DNA of 64,000 nt. Source: Octopus bimaculoides (lineage: Eukaryota). The notes below the pieces were generated by a model. The model was not told the DNA's origin, ran no database searches, and saw only the letters and a list, made by a program, of their open reading frames with translations. The stretch is taken from assembly GCF_001194135.2 (NCBI RefSeq), contig NC_068985.1:90891261-90955260 (forward strand), given 5' to 3'. The position numbers and the translations under genes were made by a program. Of this stretch, positions 13,440-27,599 are shown piece by piece (within the stretch, counting starts at the first letter, position 1; each line of letters opens with the position of its first letter).

Positions 13440-16298
13440 GAAAGATGTGTCTAACCAACTCATTAACATTACTTTTGCCATGAAAGATGATAGGTGGCTA
13501 GTATATCGACGTTTGAAGCAACCTTCACAAAACTCAATGAAATACTTCATTTTGGTTTGGTTATCAACATCTAACAATTTCGATGACAGAGAAATCTTCT
13601 CAAAATCTTCCCTATATTACCGGGTCAAACAAAAAGCTATTCAGTGTTTCTATTGAAAAACTGTGTCTATAAAAAAACTTGAGAACCGGCAACTTCGAAG
13701 AACGAGATACATTCTGTATGTCGGAATTTCAAAGTACATCACCGGACACTGACATCTGGTTTACGTCTGCTTCCCATCGAATTATTTTAACATTTGTTGT
13801 TATCTCGCTTGTGGTCTCCGTTTTTGTCTTCTTCTTTACAAACATCTCTCGTTTAAACGTTATTTACTCAAAGGACAACTGACGAACAGAATAAATGGTT
13901 ATTACGAGCAAGAAACTTTGAGAAGCTGTAATTACAAGATTTCTGGTTCCTTTTACGATTATCTTAACTCTCTTAGCAAATCATGTGTTTTCTACTTGTA
14001 GAATCAAATATATATTTGTGTGGGTGCGTGTGTGTGTGTGTGTGTGGGGGTGTGTGTGTGTGTGTGTATCTATATATATGTTGAGAGAGAGAAAGACAGA
14101 GAGAGGGTGATTTATTTTCATATGCAGTTATACAAAAAAATTATATTAAATTGAAGAATTATCAATACATTTTAGCAGACGATTTTCAATTGAATTTTGC
14201 ATGGAGAGGTTGACTTTCATTTCGAAGTTTCAGCTTCCTAACCTTCGTCGGAATGTTTACAGACACGCTATCTCTCTCTTTCTCTTTCTCTCTGTGCCAC
14301 TCACACACATTCACACATACACACTCACCACACACGCATACACACATTTAGACACGCACATATATACTATATATGCGTGTATGTAAATATTATCTCACTT
14401 AGCATTTACATCGAAAATATGCTTACTGATCAGTGAAAGGAAATAAAGGTCATGACTCATGAAACTTGTTTAAGAAAACTTTCGACATATCTGAACGCAA
14501 TGAAAATCATTCCCACTATATTTCGAGGAAAAAAAATGAGTATTTTATTCAAATTTACATGAAAACTTAGTGTGTAACACAAAAAATATGTTGTTTGTTG
14601 TCGATAAAATTTAGTTTCATAAATTTCATCTGCAAGAAATGTTTTCGATTAATGTTTCATATCAAAACATAAATTGCTTTATTTTTTGTTTATAAGTTTA
14701 ATGAATGTTAATATTATTCAAATGTAATGAAGGAAATGTAATAACTGGGGAAAACCAAGGACAGCAATATTATTAAATCAACCCTTGGGTGGTATACTGA
14801 ACATCATTCATATATTAAAAAAAAACATGGTAATTCATTAAATGAGCTATTTTAGTTTGAAGAAAATATATCTTAGTGATAATTGTTAGCGACTATCACA
14901 GTGGAGATTTGATATTTTCAAGAATAGAAGAGTTGTCGTTAAAAGGTAATATAAGTGCGAAGGGAAGAAAATATTTAACCAATGTCTTCAGAAATAAAAC
15001 ATCCATGCGACGTTTCTGATTTTTTAAGTATCAAAATCATACTATATCATAATCAAACTTGCTTATCGGGTGATTAATTTAACATGCAGGGAATAAGAAC
15101 GTTTTTCATAAGCAAAAATATACAATGAAATATGATGAACAATTTGAATAATTTATTATATGTTAGGTGTCCTGAATTCCCAACGAACGCAAACTAAACA
15201 AACACCATTTTGCATTAAGAAAATGTAAAGCACGATATTTAGACATATGAATTGTTTATGTAGTTTTATTTTTGTCAAGTTATTTTCATTTTAAGAATAA
15301 GTTCCTTACCAAATAGATTTCCTGATTAATAGCAAGATCCTAATATTTAATCTAAGATGTTATGATATAATCTGTACCCTCAATGTTGAACAGAATAATA
15401 GATGTGGGTGTGTGTATGTGCTTGCGTGTGTGTGTGTGTGTGTGTGTATGTGTGTGTGTGTGTGTGTGTATGTGCGTGTGTGTGTGTGTGTGTATTCATT
15501 TATTATAATGTAACCGTTATTCATGAGTAACGGAAATCGTAGTGGTTCAGGATTGCATTACGTGCATCATTCTTCACCAAAAAATATTTAGCAGCAGTGA
15601 TGAAATTGTTAACAATTCCTCCGCCCTTGCTGAGTGCCTTTTGTCTGTTAGTGATATTGAGTAATACCTCGCCATATCGCGATTCATCTATCACTCATTC
15701 AGTACATCGCGGTTCACCTATCGCACACCCAATACATCGTGGAATTTTCCAGCTAATGTATGTAAATATATATCACTCATCCTTCGGATTTCCGGGTTTC
15801 TGCGGCCGATAGGTATTTATGTGTTTTTAGATTTTAATTATATCTGTGGGAGGTTTCGGGACGTAACACCCGCGATAGTCGAGAGATTATTGTACCTCTG
15901 TTCTGTTTAAATGTATTCGTCTATACTGGATGCTTTCTGAAAATTGAATGCAGTTTTCTGTCTTTCTTACACAGAATGCTACTTAAATTTCTGATTTACA
16001 CACTACCGAGTTGATTATCTGAATATGAAATAATAAGCCATTTGCAAATAATAATAAAAACTGAAAAACTTTAAGCAATATGAATTTACATCTTCTGCAA
16101 AACAAAACACAGAAACATGTAAAAAAAGAATATGATAGTAATATAAAAGAAATATTGCAATACTTCATACAGTAACATTTCATTGTATTGAAAATGACTG
16201 TAGCAGGTGTCTAAAGATAATTGTACAATTCATTAATAATACTCAGTTTACCTGAAGTGACTGTTTTTTTATGTGAGCATAAATTATATTTTTATTAG

Positions 16299-16467
16299 AG
16301 CGGGTGCGTGGTAAGTAGCTTGCTTACCAACTACATTGTCCCGGGTTCAGTTCCACTGCGTGTCACCATCGGCAAATGTCTTCTGCTATAGCCACGAGCT
16401 GATCAATGCCTTGTGAGTGGATTTGGTAGACGGAAGCTGAACAGAAATCCATCGTATATGGGTGCGT

Positions 16468-16501
<34 letters not shown>

Positions 16502-16712
16502 TCGTGTGACTGTGTTTGTTCCCCTACTATCGCTTGTCAACCGATGCTGGTGTGTTTATGTCCCCGAAACTTAGCGGGGTCCAGCAAAAGAGACCGATTG
16601 AATAAGTACTAGGCTTACAAAGAATAAGTCCTGTGGATCGATTTGTTCGATTGAAGGCGGTGCTCCAGCATGTGCGCAGTCAAATGACTGCAACGAATTA
16701 AAGAATAAGAAG
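16299..16712 (+). mobile_element. tRNA-headed SINE family C, near full length, with internal (TG)n
   Basis: Head GTGGTAAGTAGCTTGCTTACCAAC...CCGGGTTCAGTTCC; CORE-like CACCATCGGCAAATGTCTTCTGCTATAGC; internal (TG)n; tail GGCGGTGCTCCAGCATG...AAAGAATAAG. Confidence 0.85.
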
Positions 16713-16773
16713 TCCGCATGAGTGCACACACACTCACAAAAACCTACACGGACACACATTCATGCACGCGCAC

Positions 16774-16815
<42 letters not shown>

Positions 16816-17432
16816 GTGTATAAATGTGTTTCTGTTTTTTTATGTGTGTAAGTATATGGTTAACGAGCATGGATGTGATGTCCTAGAGAGTCCCAAGACC
16901 ACCAGAACTGAAGCAACTCTGTTGAAGTCACAGACATACAGGGTAGGTAACATTACAACCAGTGTGCTAACGATCTTGCCACCTCGCTGCCTTAGACCAT
17001 ACTTATAACAAAGATAGTTACTTAGGAATCCCTGTTACATTGTCTTTCATTCATTAATAATTACTATTTGTAGTCTCCGAAAGGTTTACCCCCAAACATA
17101 TACGTATTGATTTCCAAAAAACGGCTACTTGAATTGCTTAACGATTGTACATGTACCTATATCTGTATTCCTGTGGGCGTACGAATTTCTAATTGAAAAA
17201 TCATGTTGTCTCTATACACATTCTTTTGCTTTTTAGCCTGAGAGAAATGTTCTCTTAATTATTATGCAAGGGTGGTTTTAATAAAATGAGTATATATATT
17301 ATGTCTTTACGTATGGTCGTGCGGTTCAATCATTCGTGTGCATATAAATATGTGTAAATATAGTTCTACGTACACACACAAAAACATATGTATATACACA
17401 CACACATACACATAGGGTTGTGCATCTATGTA

Positions 17433-17477
<45 letters not shown>

Positions 17478-20400
17478 GTGCGTGTGTATGTATGTATGTA
17501 TGTTTACATTTGTGTATGATTGTGTGTATGAAAGCATTTACACATATCAGTTTGTTAATATCGTATGTGTGTATGTGGAGGAGTTAATGAGCTATTTTGT
17601 TAGATTTATTTAATAGCTTAACATAACACATGTACATGCTAAGTTGCATCGGACTTTTATTGTAGATGAGTTTATATTGATATCAACAATTAGTAAGTAG
17701 GTATGTACGTGCGGGCGCAGATGTGTCTATGTGTATATGTCGATGTATGCGCGGATGTAATGTGTAAACGGATAAACGAATTACTATATGTGTGTGTATA
17801 TGCATGTATGCGTGTGCTAATTTCCTTGCTGTTTCAATGGTAAATACCAACATAAAGGATAGAATGTTCTGATATCACTTGTGGGTCATAAATTCAGACA
17901 GTAACAAGAGAGCCTAAAGTGAATGTAAACGTATCTTGATGTGACGATATGTTAACGACAGGCTGTGGCTGTCTTAAACGAGATTAACTTTGTTGGCATC
18001 AAAGAGTTAAAATAATCAGTTTTAACTGGTTATCTATTTATTCATTTTTATTTATTGTACTAGACATTCATAAATGTTTTGATTATATTTTTAGTCATTT
18101 TACTAAAATTCCTGAGAGGCAATATTAAATTTGCGATTTATGTTGAAACTTTTGTGGTGATTTTTGTTTTTTGTTCTTTGACTGTAAATTACTAAAAGTA
18201 GTATAGTTCGAATGTATAGATTCAGTGGGGCGTAGGCGTGATCTTACAAATATTTTATGTTATAATTTATATAATACCTCAGCAATGTTTCTGCTGCTGA
18301 ATCACTATTTCGAATCACTATGTGTAACAAAAGGTGTTGCTCAGTTTTCTATTATTCATATTTTTGTATCACCCCTACTTATATCATGGAATTGCGAATG
18401 TATAGGTGGTGACATAGCGAACTAGCTGCATGATAGCATTTGTTAACCGATAGCTGTAGCCGAGCTTTTCAAAACAAATTACAGGTTTTATACCTATAGT
18501 CAATTTCAATATTCGCGCGCACGCGAATATACAGACATACACAGATACACACACTTTCCCTCTCACTCACCCATATGTGTGCAAACATCTCTAGTTATAT
18601 ATACATATGCTTTCTTAAACACAGTTATACACAACATATAATGTATATACACGGAAAATGTTTTTTTTTTCTTCGTGAGTCGTATGGGTATACTTTTATA
18701 TGGTAAAACATATATTACATTTTCTTATGAAATTATTTTGTGAATATCATCGTAGTTAAGTTACAATAAAATATTACAATATTTACAATTATGCACATCC
18801 ATACATAATTTTTCTATTACAATAAAATATTATATATAATCAATTTGCTACGATCATCCACGCCCATATATCCTTGACCGTCTGGACAAGAAATATACAT
18901 GGGAAGAAAAAAACATATAATATATATCATTGTTGTAATTAGACTTAGTAATTTTGCATAGTAAATTGGTTTAGGTAGAACATACGACCTCCGAAAGAAC
19001 TTTTTATCAATCTCCGTCCGACATTATTACCATGTTTGCCGTTTGCAGTCTTGAAAATAATAATATTAACGCGCATGATCAAATGATGTGAATTGATTCA
19101 GTGTGCATCACAATTACAGAGAATATAGTTTGCTTGTTTCACCGAAAATGTGCTTTGTAATTTCTCAAGTGATTAAAGTGTCTTGCTCATAAACAATATA
19201 AGAATAAGACACGAACATTGAAAACGTATTCATGGTACAGTTCACTGATTGTCAGCAGGTGATGTCTTCCTAGCGATTTCCAGTTACACTTAGTTATTTC
19301 GCCTCGCTTCATTTTAAATTGACGAGACAATATACAATATCTCTGCCTATGAAACGTCTCAATTTTAAGATACTTACTTATGTTATCTTGTTAAAACCAA
19401 TTTCCTTTCAATATTGAATTAATTCGCACGTAGGCATAAGTAACCTTTTCTAAGAAATTAAACAGGAAACTATTAATATTACAGCTGTTCTCAAAATTAG
19501 AACATGTAACAGAGACGTAATCTAAAGTAAAGTTTAAAACAATTACTTTCCAATGAAATATATCTTTAAGTCATCCTACTTTTATAGCAGAAATTTGATG
19601 TTTCTCTATGAAGTTCATGTTTGACTGATTGGAAAGTTATTCATATATATACTGAAAATTGCAACACAGTTTTTAATATACTTTCATATATAATTTAATT
19701 TAAAATGCCAAAGGTCAGCAATAGTGATTTTCGTGACATGCGCAAGATCAATTTACGTTTGTGTCTACTGTTAATTAATTAATGTATTAAAGATTTTATT
19801 TATCTCCGTTCTACTTACAATTTACACACCAGCACATAAAACAAATTAACGTGTAAGACACGTTCAAATAAGAATATTTGGTATAATATATATTTTACAG
19901 TATTGTGATGTATACGATAAGTAGCTGCAGGTCAATAAAATACATGCATTATATAACTGATGACGTGAGATATTTTACAAAATAATCTATATTTCTCCAC
20001 CAGACACTCTAATAGATGTCAATAAATCAATACTTTGAAATAACATTTTGTCATCCGTTTCTTCAATGTTTAACTGTATATTGCAATCTGATGAATTGTC
20101 ATGAATATATACACTATTACAATCTGGATTTGAAGTCACATGGGGGTCTAACTATAAAACAACATATTTATATATGAAAGCAAAGACTATGTTACAACCG
20201 CAGAAATATTTTTAAAAATCCTTCGAAATTTTAGATCTTACGATCAACTTGAAAGATTATAATCGTCATAGAGTATGCAGTGTTTCACAGATTGTGACTA
20301 TCTTTCTGTTATGACCGATTGTGAATGCACACGAACTTGCAAGTAGATTTCTGAAATAAGACAGAACGTTTGTTCAAATCTAACATTCAAAATATCATAA

Positions 20401-20675
20401 ATATGCATCAAATCAAAAGTTGTTCTTATAATACTATATATTCAGAGAGGTTGTATATCAATTTGTGTCTCTGTTAAATAAATTTCAATTTAACAGGATA
20501 TAATTATGAATGAGCTCTTGGATAGTAGATGATTACAGTTCTAATTTAGCATGAACAATCAAACTCTCGCCGTTACAGATTTAGAAAATATGATTAGTAT
20601 CTCCGACATTTCGTTATTGCCTCTATGTTAGCAAACTTCGCTTTCCTTATATACACTCCCTCCATATACTTCCCA

Positions 20676-21054
20676 GTGGTGGCGCAATGGCCCAGTGGTT
20701 AGGGCAGTGGACTCGTGGCCATAGGATCGCGGTTTCGATTCCCGGACAGGGCGTTGTGAGTTTATTGAGCGAAAAAAACCTTAAGCTCCACGAGGCTCCG
20801 GCAGGGTATTGTGGCGAACCCTGCTGTACTCTTTCACCACAACTTTCTCTCACTCTTACTTCCTGTTTCTGTTATGCCTGTAATTCGAAGGGTCAGCCTT
20901 GTCACACTGTGTCATGCTGAATATCCCCGAGAACTACGTTAAGTGTACACGTGTCTGTGGAGTGCTCAGCCACTTGCACGTTAATTTCACGAGCAGGCTG
21001 TTCCGTTGATCGGATCAACTGATACCCTCGACATCTTAAGTGACGGAGTGCCAA
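20676..21054 (+). mobile_element. tRNA-derived SINE family A, copy 3, with target-site duplication
   Basis: Colinear with the other copies; flanked by CATATACTTCCCA (20663-20675) and CATATACCTCCCA (21055-21067), 13 bp with one mismatch. Confidence 0.92.
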
Positions 21055-21787
21055 CATATACCTCCCACTACCATTTGAAAGCTATCCATTGCCAATCATT
21101 TATTTTTGGATGGTCCCATAATTTCATTATTAGCATTCCTTTGATAACTGAATTAAAGTAATAACGTGTTTATCATAGAGTTTGCTAGTCGCAGCAATAA
21201 ATAACCGCTTATGAGTGAAACATAAAAGTCATTAAAGTATTTGGTAATCGATTATGTGTTCTTGTCATGCTGATTCTCAGAAAATTTATGTTTAGATTAA
21301 CAAATGAAAAGTTATTTGCATGACAGGTTTCAACGAATGATTGACTTCTCATAAAAATATATGCAGCTTGAAAAAGAATATTGCTAACTATCGTCTCATT
21401 CATTTGACAATCGTCATATTGGCTGATGAAGTTTAGAGCTGTAAAAACTAAGGATTCATCTATATAAGACAGAATAATATTTTTTATTTACTTTATAGTG
21501 TTTATAGTCTAGTGCTTTTGTTTCAATGAAATCCACTAAGCATTAGAAAGAGGACTGATTTATGTTTTGCATATGTTGATATTCATTAATTCAGGTAAGC
21601 AAAAACTCATTACGCTAAAAGCAAATGCTCTCATTAATTCTGAAATATAAGTCATGTAGATATACATGTGTACCAAACGTTCAATAATTAATATAACATT
21701 GAGATTAGATGTTTCGTATATTCAGTAGGAGAACAAACGAATAAAAGCAGTCTTGTAGATCTGAGATGACATTATTATGAAATTTAC

Positions 21788-21788
<1 letters not shown>

Positions 21789-21822
<34 letters not shown>
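21789..21822 (-). repeat. Poly(T)34 (poly(A) on minus strand)
   Basis: Directly visible; AATAAA on the minus strand at 21839-21844. Confidence 0.9.
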
Positions 21823-21824
<2 letters not shown>

Positions 21825-22530
21825 TAAAACCATATTAATTTATTTCTTTCGTATGTGTAGGGGCAGGTTAAATATGAATTAGTGATAGAGTAGGTAGTTA
21901 TTGCAGATCGAACATTTCTGAAATGTGAAGTTTTTCTTGAAGCTAAAGATTTTAAAATATGCAAACACACTCGAATACCAATCCAGGATTTCTATTTTGC
22001 ACAGTAACTGAATAAACAGCAGAAATAATCTGGAGTTGAATGACCTCATGTGAGAAAATATATATTCACATTTCGATAATATTTTTACTTCTCTCGTCTT
22101 CCGAAATACGTACTCCATCGAAAAATATACCTCCTTTAAAAGGGATGTTGCTTTCTTAAATGACTTGGCGTTGAATGGTCCGCATATGAGAATTGATGAC
22201 TTGTAGAATATCGGTATCACCGTCCCTTGAGATTCATGAAAGTAGAAAAAAACATGGCTTTTGAGTAATATGTTGTGAAGAAATAAGGAGAATCTCTTCA
22301 AAGGTATAAAAGTATTAATATATGTCAGCCGCAGTATCGTGACCTATGCCGTAGAAAATTTAATAAGTGCATCCTTGTTTATCAATCGGAGATCTATATT
22401 AACATATATTGACAGAAAGGGATACATCTTCAGTTAATGATTTATATTTTATAATATATTTTTAAATAACTTTTGAAGTCGTCGACAATTTATTTCGTTT
22501 TGCGTTGCATATGTATAATGCGAAAATATA

Positions 22531-22746
22531 TTCTTTTCTACTCTAGGCACAAGGCTTGAAATTTTGGGTGAGGTGGCCAGTCGATTAGATCGACCCCAGT
22601 ACGCAACTGGTACTTAATTTATCAACCCCAAAACGATTAAAGGCAAAGTCGATCTCGGTGGAAATTGAACACAGAACGCAAGGACATACCAAATACCGCT
22701 AAGCATTACGCACGACGTGCTAACTTTTCTCCAAGCTCGCTACCTT
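22531..22746 (-). mobile_element. tRNA-derived SINE family B, full length, perfect 17-bp TSD
   Basis: Minus strand has a tRNA-like head with B-box-like GTGTTCAATTTCC and central GACTTTGCCTTTAATCGTTTTGGGGTTGATAAATTAAGTACCAG (resembles the Meta-type SINE domain, from memory). TAATGCGAAAATATATT occurs at 22516-22532 and 22746-22762. Confidence 0.92.
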
Positions 22747-23888
22747 AATGCGAAAATATATTGACAGACAAAGTCATGCTCTCATAGGTTTGAGTGCAGT
22801 AATTATGAAAAGAAAGGTCGAAAGCTTTTCAATTCCATGAATATTACTTCGAACTGCAAGCTCACATTTGACAAGAAATTTTAGAAATTCTTTGCTTGTC
22901 CATGCATTCTTCGTGGCTATATCAAACAATTGTAAATACAGAATGCATCGTAAAAACAAAAAGAACAATGAACATTTACTCCTGTGTTAGCTATTCGCAT
23001 GTGAATGAATTGTTATTGATTCAATATGCTTCAAACAATCGCGTGAAAGACTTCATTAGTAAATATCTGATTCAAAAAGCCCATACCCAATAGTATTATT
23101 ACAAGACGTGCTGCTCAAATCTATACACCATATTATTCAATATGAAAGAATCTATGCCAATTAATGCAAAAATTGTTTTTGAATGTTTAGCTATGACTAA
23201 TTACATAGGCAGATTTACATGTATAATAAAACTACTTAAATAACGAAATAATAAGTTATTTACCTTAAATTTCATCTTTAGGTATATGCCGTCTTTATTC
23301 ATTTTAAGGATAAGCTCAGATTTTGCCATAAAATCTTTCAAAAATTGCGTGGCGAAATTTTAATGTCTTAAAATCGGATATCAGCGTCGTCTGCCTACAC
23401 CGCATTCAATTTCCTTGATTATAATTAAGATTATGATTATGATATCACTAGAATTGACGTAACTCATTTTTTAATATCATTCGATTATATGACAACATAA
23501 ATGTGTTCCCAAAAGGTGACGAATATTTCCAAAATCATCACAGACTAACACAAGTAAACAGAAGTAAACGAAAGAAAAGTGAACAGTTTAGCATTGCAAG
23601 ACATCTCACTAATTTTCAGTCAAACTGATGATGTTGCTTCTCTAAAAAAATATTATCGTATTACAGTTTAAATTGCACAAAAAATCGCCCCAAATACTTT
23701 TACAGAGAGTTGCAGGAAGAGGCGAAAATCTGATAATGCTTGAAATGACAAAACAATAGAAAATCATTCAAATGAAAGATTCGTGAAATAATGCTATCAC
23801 GTAATATTTATAATTATATTTCTTATTGACAGCTGACAATTTGGAAAATGTCTGCGCCCAACAACATCGTTTACAGCATCAAAGATTG

Positions 23889-23926
<38 letters not shown>

Positions 23927-25189
23927 ATCTGCAGTGTGTGCGTGACATATACACATATGTGTAACGTATTTCTAACACTGTTAAAAAGAACGTAACACAA
24001 TTTTACTTCAATGACGCAATGAAATGTGTTGCGAAGTCCGACATTCATACAGTCAAGTACACATTTTCAAGAGAAACCAATGAAAATTGCTCCGATTTCT
24101 GTCAACTTGGTTTAGCTATATATACGTACATGCATACATACATATATGTGTATATATATATANNNNNNNNNNNNNNNNNNNNNNNNNNNNNNNNNNNNNN
24201 NNNNNNNNNNNNNNNNNNNNNNNNNNNNNNNNNNNNNNNNNNNNNNNNNNNNNNNNNNNNNNNNNNNNNNNNNNNNNNNNNNNNNNNNNNNNNNNNNNNN
24301 NNNNNNNNNNNNNNNNNNNNNNNNNNNNNNNNNNNNNNNNNNNNNNNNNNNNNNNNNNNNNNNNNNNNNNNNNNNNNNNNNNNNNNNNNNNNNNNNNNNN
24401 NNNNNNNNNNNNNNNNNNNNNNNNNNNNNNNNNNNNNNNNNNNNNNNNNNNNNNNNNNNNNNNNNNNNNNNNNNNNNNNNNNNNNNNNNNNNNNNNNNNN
24501 NNNNNNNNNNNNNNNNNNNNNNNNNNNNNNNNNNNNNNNNNNNNNNNNNNNNNNNNNNNNNNNNNNNNNNNNNNNNNNNNNNNNNNNNNNNNNNNNNNNN
24601 NNNNNNNNNNNNNNNNNNNNNNNNNNNNNNNNNNNNNNNNNNNNNATTTATTCAGAGTAAGTAATATTTGCACTGTTATAGAAAATTTTGTGACATGGTA
24701 GATTTATTCTTGGCTGATGTTATCACATATAGTTTTAATATGTCGCGTCGGTCATGTTTTGGTTTGTTCGTTTAGTTTTGATAAATTCCGATCAACTGAA
24801 ATCCATAACTAAAAAGAAAATGTTTTCCAACACCGGGCGCAGGCATTGCATGTATGGTTAATGCATTCAGTTTGCAAAAAACGTAGTGTCCAGTTCAGTC
24901 CGTCAGCGCAGCACTATGAATTGGTGTCTCCTATTTATTGTTATGTAGGTGACTATATATACAAACACACACATGCATAGAAAAAAAGAGAGGAAACACA
25001 AGACCCTATACACACACTCACATATACACACACCACACAAACAAAGACACGCGCATACACACAAACACACAAACATGAATTTACAGAATACATACATACA
25101 AACGCACGCACACGCATATATATGCATTGGGGGGGAAAAATGGGTCATTCGTGCCCTTCATTCTTCAGTCAATGCAATGTCAACTAATT

Positions 25190-25410
25190 CCTTAAATGGA
25201 AATTCCGTGGAATCCTGTCGTATGTGTGTGTGTGTGTGTGTGCATATGTGTATTTCAGTGTCGCCTTGTTTCGTAAACCCACCGCTTGTCAAGTCTACTG
25301 GTTTGTTATACCCTTGTAAATAGCGGTTTGATAGAAGAGAACTAACAGACAATTGTAGGGTGATGTATGGCCGCAGTCGAATCACTGAAACAAGTATAAA
25401 CAAACGATAA
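25190..25410 (+). mobile_element. SINE family C, degraded 3' part
   Basis: GGAATCCTGTCGTATG(TG)n ... ATGGCCGCAGTCGAATCACTGAAACAAGTATAAA matches the family C body and tail. Confidence 0.6.
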
Positions 25411-25783
25411 AAGATTAGTATAGTACACGAATGGAGAAATTGAATCTATTGAATGCGAAGGAAATTGGATATTTCTGGGAAGGCAACACGTTTGCATATG
25501 ACATACTAGAAGACAGAAATGAGTTGCCAATGGTGACCATTTACAAATTGGAAGATACAGCAGCATTTTAACAACCTACAAACACAAAAATTAGAATGTG
25601 AAAATTTAAGAATAACCACATATGGTTAAGGGAAGACGAGGAATTACTAAAATATACCCCAGTAATGAAAATGTAGCTAGAAATGATTAATGATTCCATG
25701 CAATAAGCAAATATTGAAACACACGGACATACAGATAGTTGTGATTATATATACACTGATATATAGATTACGAACACATATGT

Positions 25784-25870
<87 letters not shown>

Positions 25871-27599
25871 NNNNNNNNNNNNNNNNNNNNNNNNNNNNNN
25901 NNNNNNNNNNNNNNNNNNNNNNNNNNNNNNNNNNNNNNNNNNNNNNNNNNNNNNNNNNNNNNNNNNNNNNNNNNNNNNNNNNNNNNNNNNNNNNNNNNNN
26001 NNNNNNNNNNNNNNNNNNNNNNNNNNNNNNNNNNNNNNNNNNNNNNNNNNNNNNNNNNNNNNNNNNNNNNNNNNNNNNNNNNNNNNNNNNNNNNNNNNNN
26101 NNNNNNNNNNNNNNNNNNNNNNNNNNNNNNNNNNNNNNNNNNNNNNNNNNNNNNNNNNNNNNNNNNNNNNNNNNNNNNNNNNNNNNNNNNNNNNNNNNNN
26201 NNNNNNNNNNNNNNNNNNNNNNNNNNNNNNNNNNNNNNNNNNNNNNNNNNNNNNNNNNNNNNNNNNNNNNNNNNNNNNNNNNNNNNNNNNNNNNNNNNNN
26301 NNNNNNNNNNNNNNNNNNNNNNNNNNNNNNNNNNNNNNNNNNNNNNNNNNNNNNNNNNNNNNNNNNNNNNNNNNNNNNNNNNNNNNNNNNNNNNNNNNNN
26401 NNNNNNNNNNNNNNNNNNNNNNNNNNNNNNNNNNNNNNNNNNNNNNNNNNNNNNNNNNNNTATATATATATATATATATATATATATGCATGGGTTTCTG
26501 CATATGTTTGTATATGTTCTTGTGCGTGTGTCTATATGCATATGCCTACCCGTGCACACCACCATATTCATATGTATAATAAATCGATATATGTGGAGCA
26601 AGTTACAAACATTATCATAAAATATGTTCTTTATAAAAATGCATAAAATGTTCGTATGATTACTTGGTACTTCTTTATTTACACTTCGTGAGAATATACT
26701 TATAACATATACTAAGATATGATAAAATGTGTTGATAGCCATAGCTTAACAGTTCTGCAAATAGCTTTCATTTAGTACTCCAATGCAGTTTTCTATGACA
26801 ACTAAATATTGATTCCTGCAAAGTGAAAACATATCTATAGAATATATGCATCTGCATCGACACACCATTACTTTCGAGAGGTGAATAGGATATGCAATGA
26901 CTGCACAGAATCAAAACGTGCATCTTTCTCGAGTTATGCAATGCATCAAACCACGCTCTAGAGCGCCGATAATGTGCTAATTTCAATAAAATATATGAAC
27001 ACCGAATAAGTTTCATTCCATTACGTTTAAAACGATTGCATTTGCTCGCAACCCAAGGAGTCTTTAACGGTATCTTATTCATGTAAAGTTGAGAATATCT
27101 GCCATGTTTGCCGCTCTTTTTTATAAACACCGATTACCAATTGCAGGATTCAGAATCCCATCTTCACTTTAAAATAAATTTTTATTCCTTCGAATATAGC
27201 ATCTTATGATCTTTCATTTAACATGTTATTGTTGTTGTAGGAGTTATATACTCGCAGTACTTTTATTTCCCAATTTCCCATATTTATTCGATTTTTTTCA
27301 TTATTATTCGAACATGTTAATATCAAATCATCGTAAATGTTTCATCAAGTTAAAACGAAATCTTAACTAAGTTCATCTTCTAAGATATATTGATATAGCT
27401 ATATTTCCTTTAAATTTTGAACGCTATGAAACTTATTATGCTTTGTTTCACTTGAGAAAAATCATGGATGTGATGTTTGTTTCTTGATTTCTCACACATT
27501 ATCGAATGATGAAACTAACCACACTATCAGTAGTGTTAACTTAAGTCTTTCAGCGCTTTTGTACTTTAAATTTTAAGGCAACTCCTACCATGTTGCCTA

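Noticed and set aside
26768-27130. 120-aa minus ORF; faint piggyBac-like Cys-rich fragments in other frames
   Set aside because: Motifs are too weak and frame-scattered to support any call.
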